A DNA stretch of 64,000 bases, taken from positions 17,484,001-17,548,000 of the forward strand of contig OZ287752.1 of the NCBI GenBank assembly GCA_965649765.1, written 5' to 3'. The notes under the pieces were generated by a model. That model did no database searches, was not told the DNA's origin, and worked only from the letters and a program-made list of their open reading frames with translations. The position numbers and the translations under genes are program-made. This DNA comes from Bispira polyomma (lineage: Eukaryota). Positions 60,995 to 64,000 of this stretch are shown here, piece by piece. Position 1 is the first letter of the stretch; each line of letters starts with the position of its first letter.

Positions 60995-61150
60995 ATTATT
61001 TAAAAGCTGCCCAGCAGCCCATCGTGGCAAGGATAGTTCATCAAATGTTGGCCGTTTGCACGATGATCCCCCGGTCCGCCCCTCATTCGCCCATCTTAAC
61101 CTTTGATCATTTGATGCAATGTCTGTGTGGTTAAATTGACCAGATTTATG
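60995..61150 (-). mobile_element. Gag fragment of another DIRS/Ngaro-like element
   Basis: KSGQFNHTDIASNDQRLRWANEGRTGGSSCKRPTFDELSLPRWAAGQL aligns with KWPNHKILGG..LTVFQWVAGF (element 1) and PSYDELSPIMWFQGYL (element 2). Confidence 0.7.
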
Positions 61151-62701
61151 TCGTACACTGTTCTAACCTTGTGTAAAGATGGTTTGAGCTTGCAGCTTGC
61201 ACAGTAATCAGCTGCCTGGTTAAATGGAAGGTGTAAGTCGGTGACAAGACTGTCAATATTATGTGTATCTACTGTTTTAAGAACTGATTCACCCTTCCCT
61301 GTGTTTTTCTTTCCAGGCTGTTTCTTGGCCTTTGTCCCATCCATAGTGGGTGTTTTCTTAGTTCTTCCCATAACATTGTAGAACTGAAAGTATAATAGTA
61401 TATGTAAATATGTAAAAACAGACAAAGTAAAATAATAAAATAGAAGTTTGTGGTAAGAAAAATTTCATATATGTACACTGCCAAATTTCCATTGTGTTGA
61501 TTGGTGTACTGCCAATTCCAATGTAAAGAACCCTAATGCAGATCAGTGAATTCAGGGTGTGGAGCATTGTGATTGGCTAGGAGACATGGATTGACAGCAT
61601 GAAGTAGTATTCAATACTGCCAATGCGGATTAAGGTGTATTACAAGAACTGAAGCATTAGACCCCTTTGGGGTCGTGCTGTATAAACGTTATACACTTGC
61701 CCAAATTACACCATAGTCAGCCATAAAACTGACCACTAACACTAATAATTGAGCATTGTTGAATATGCTGCCTGCAAGTAGGCCCATGTTAGCCAGACTT
61801 AAGCAAGGGGAGGGAAGGCTCCTGAAAGACAAACAATGTGATTTGTAATCACATGCTATGGACACAATCACGGGGGAGCCCAGTGAATCACTTGGGCTAG
61901 ACTTAAATTCCTAATAGCCTAATTGCCACTACCTAAAAATAAAGGAAGAAAAAGTGAGAGAGACCACTGGTGCAGTCTGGGATATTTGCTGGAGATCAGT
62001 CCAGACTGATGATGATCTCCAAAGACCACATCACATTATGTTTTGTAGCAAAACATTATTGTTAAAAGCAAAGGTTACACCCAAACTACGAAAAGTATGG
62101 AAGCTGTGTCGAATTTCCAAATGAGTTATATGTTGTTTTTTTAGTGGTGCATGTGTGTGTGATATTCATTGATCATGACTATTAAAACTGCCATACAATT
62201 GGATATGGCCCCACGAGATAATTGGAACTAGGTACTCAAGAAATGTAATGACTGTATGTGTTGTAATATAAGCAATTCCTGCAAATTTTGTGAAAGCTAT
62301 GAAAATGTTGAACTGGTTGACATATGCAGTTGTGGTACAAGGTATAAGTGCAGATCACATTCTACCCCAGGCCGAATGCATAAACGGCTGGTTGATTGGA
62401 GTAGAACTTAGAATCACACAGATAGATCAAGGTTAAACAAGTCATTAGGGACCCTGTTCCACAAGTACTCCTTACTAATGTAACCAATCATTACACTGGC
62501 GGGTGGGGTATCTGAATGAATTAGTACAAGAAATTACTAAATCATAATGGTCTCGTACAGATAAATACTTACTAAACATGATGGTCTTGTAAAGATACAG
62601 AAGCATAAATATTCTTAAGATGTATCCAACTTTTCAATAATCGTTTATGGAAATTAGTTTGCATTTGTGGACCACGCAACATAGTACTTAAAGTTACACA
62701 C

Positions 62702-62956
62702 TTGAATTTGAATTTGGATATTTAACGTCCACTCTGGTACCTGTTTAGGTTATATTGGGACGGGTAGTTGGAAACGCTGAAGAAAACACTGCATACAGTG
62801 ATTAAGGTTCTGCACTGAAACCAGTGGCCCACAGTAAGGAACTATCACCTTTCCCACATAGGCATCGACGGGAGTCAAACTCACGCCGCCCAGAGGTGAG
62901 AGACCAGTGATTGTGAAGCGCAATGCTTGCTAACCACTAGGCCACCACGGCCGTCT
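62702..62956 (-). mobile_element. SINE family 1, full length, 10-bp TSD
   Basis: Reverse complement of 46434-46686; TSD agttacacac at 62692-62701 and 62957-62966. Confidence 0.95.
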
Positions 62957-64000
62957 AGTTACACACATGATTATCAATATTAAAATGTATTATATACGAT
63001 TATAGATTAACATTAATTATTTTGCTCTAAATAAAAATAAACAAACATTACAACAAAATTAAGTTGAATGCGTACAGTATGAGCAGCATCAAGTTTCAGT
63101 TACCCAAGCTGACTTAATGTCATAAACAGCCTATATGGGGCCATTATAATTAACAAAGTGTCAGCTTCAAAGGGGGGACAAACCCCCTCTTTCCTCATTA
63201 AAATATAACTAAGTCAACACAATGGTTTGCCGCCAAAAGTGCATAATTCTTGTAAACAAGTACCCAAAGGTTTCATATGAATTCAGCATTGGTGGGTGTA
63301 GGACAAAAAAATGATGGTATCAACAAGATTTTACGGACCATTAACAAATATTTTAAAAAAGGAATTTTACTTATTTACGTTCACAAATCTTTTTTTTTTT
63401 TTGCAATCTTTCATTGAACAGTACCTCGGTGATCAACTCCGGCAGTTAGGTATACAACTAAAATTTTGTTTCATGTTGATTTAAAAAAGCCCATATAAAG
63501 AAATGGACACCATAGGTGACAATTTAAAATTTTACAAACAGACATATTACATCAATACATAGACAATGTAACAAAACAAAACAAAAAAACAAAAAACATG
63601 TTACATTAAAAATGCTACCACAAATTTGTTCTCGAGAGTATATTATGGACTAAATGTAAAAAATGTAATGTCCTATTACTGCAAGAATGGTTATAATGTT
63701 ACAAACTTACTAGAAGTTTTAAAAATGCCTCATGTATTTCATTTGACACATTCAAATCTATCCAGGTATTCAATGCGGATGGAGGTTCGCCATTTTCACT
63801 ACTAAATTCGCAATACAAATCCTGACTCCCAAGTTTGTGAATAGGTCTTAACTTTTTATTTATTGCAAGCATGATGTAGTTTTCCCTCTATATTTCATTT
63901 AGATTATTCTTGAATCTTAGAGCTTTTAGCTATTCTGTAGGTAGAGCATTAATCAAACCGTAATATTCTAACCATGACATTCTAAAGGGAAATTTATTCA

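Noticed and set aside
61096-61425. Lys-rich 109-aa ORF as a gene
   Set aside because: No recognisable domain; it overlaps a DIRS gag relic in another frame and is likely decayed TE sequence

Overview
Eukaryotic, AT-rich, intron-containing animal DNA, probably an invertebrate; the repeat families look mollusc/lophotrochozoan-like, but the taxon cannot be fixed from sequence alone. The core of the window is a tandem, same-strand cluster of three paralogous immunoglobulin-superfamily type-I membrane receptor genes, reconstructed by hand from splice signals and reading frame. Gene A (12250-22492) encodes signal peptide, 7 Ig, FN3, Cys-containing FN3-like domain, TM and a tail with 4 Tyr motifs. 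Gene B (28969-41866) has the same plan with 7 Ig and a tail carrying ITSM-like TTYENV and ITIM-like VTYETI. Gene C (49373-58921) is a close paralog of B with only 4 Ig; its ectodomain and TM are intact but all four cytoplasmic Tyr motifs are separately destroyed, including TAT>TAG at a Tyr codon. Together this looks like a rapidly evolving paired (signalling vs decoy) immune or self/non-self recognition receptor locus, with a divergent N-terminal V domain, phase-1 exon shuffling and a gene-conversion tract; that function is inference. The spacers and introns hold many decayed tyrosine-recombinase (DIRS-order, Ngaro-like) retrotransposons, including a miniature copy with split direct repeats, plus L2/CR1-group and other LINE fragments, tRNA-derived SINEs with TSDs, a MITE and arrays of a TTAAGGTNACCTTAA palindrome. 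Exon boundaries are predictions and identity figures are by-eye counts.
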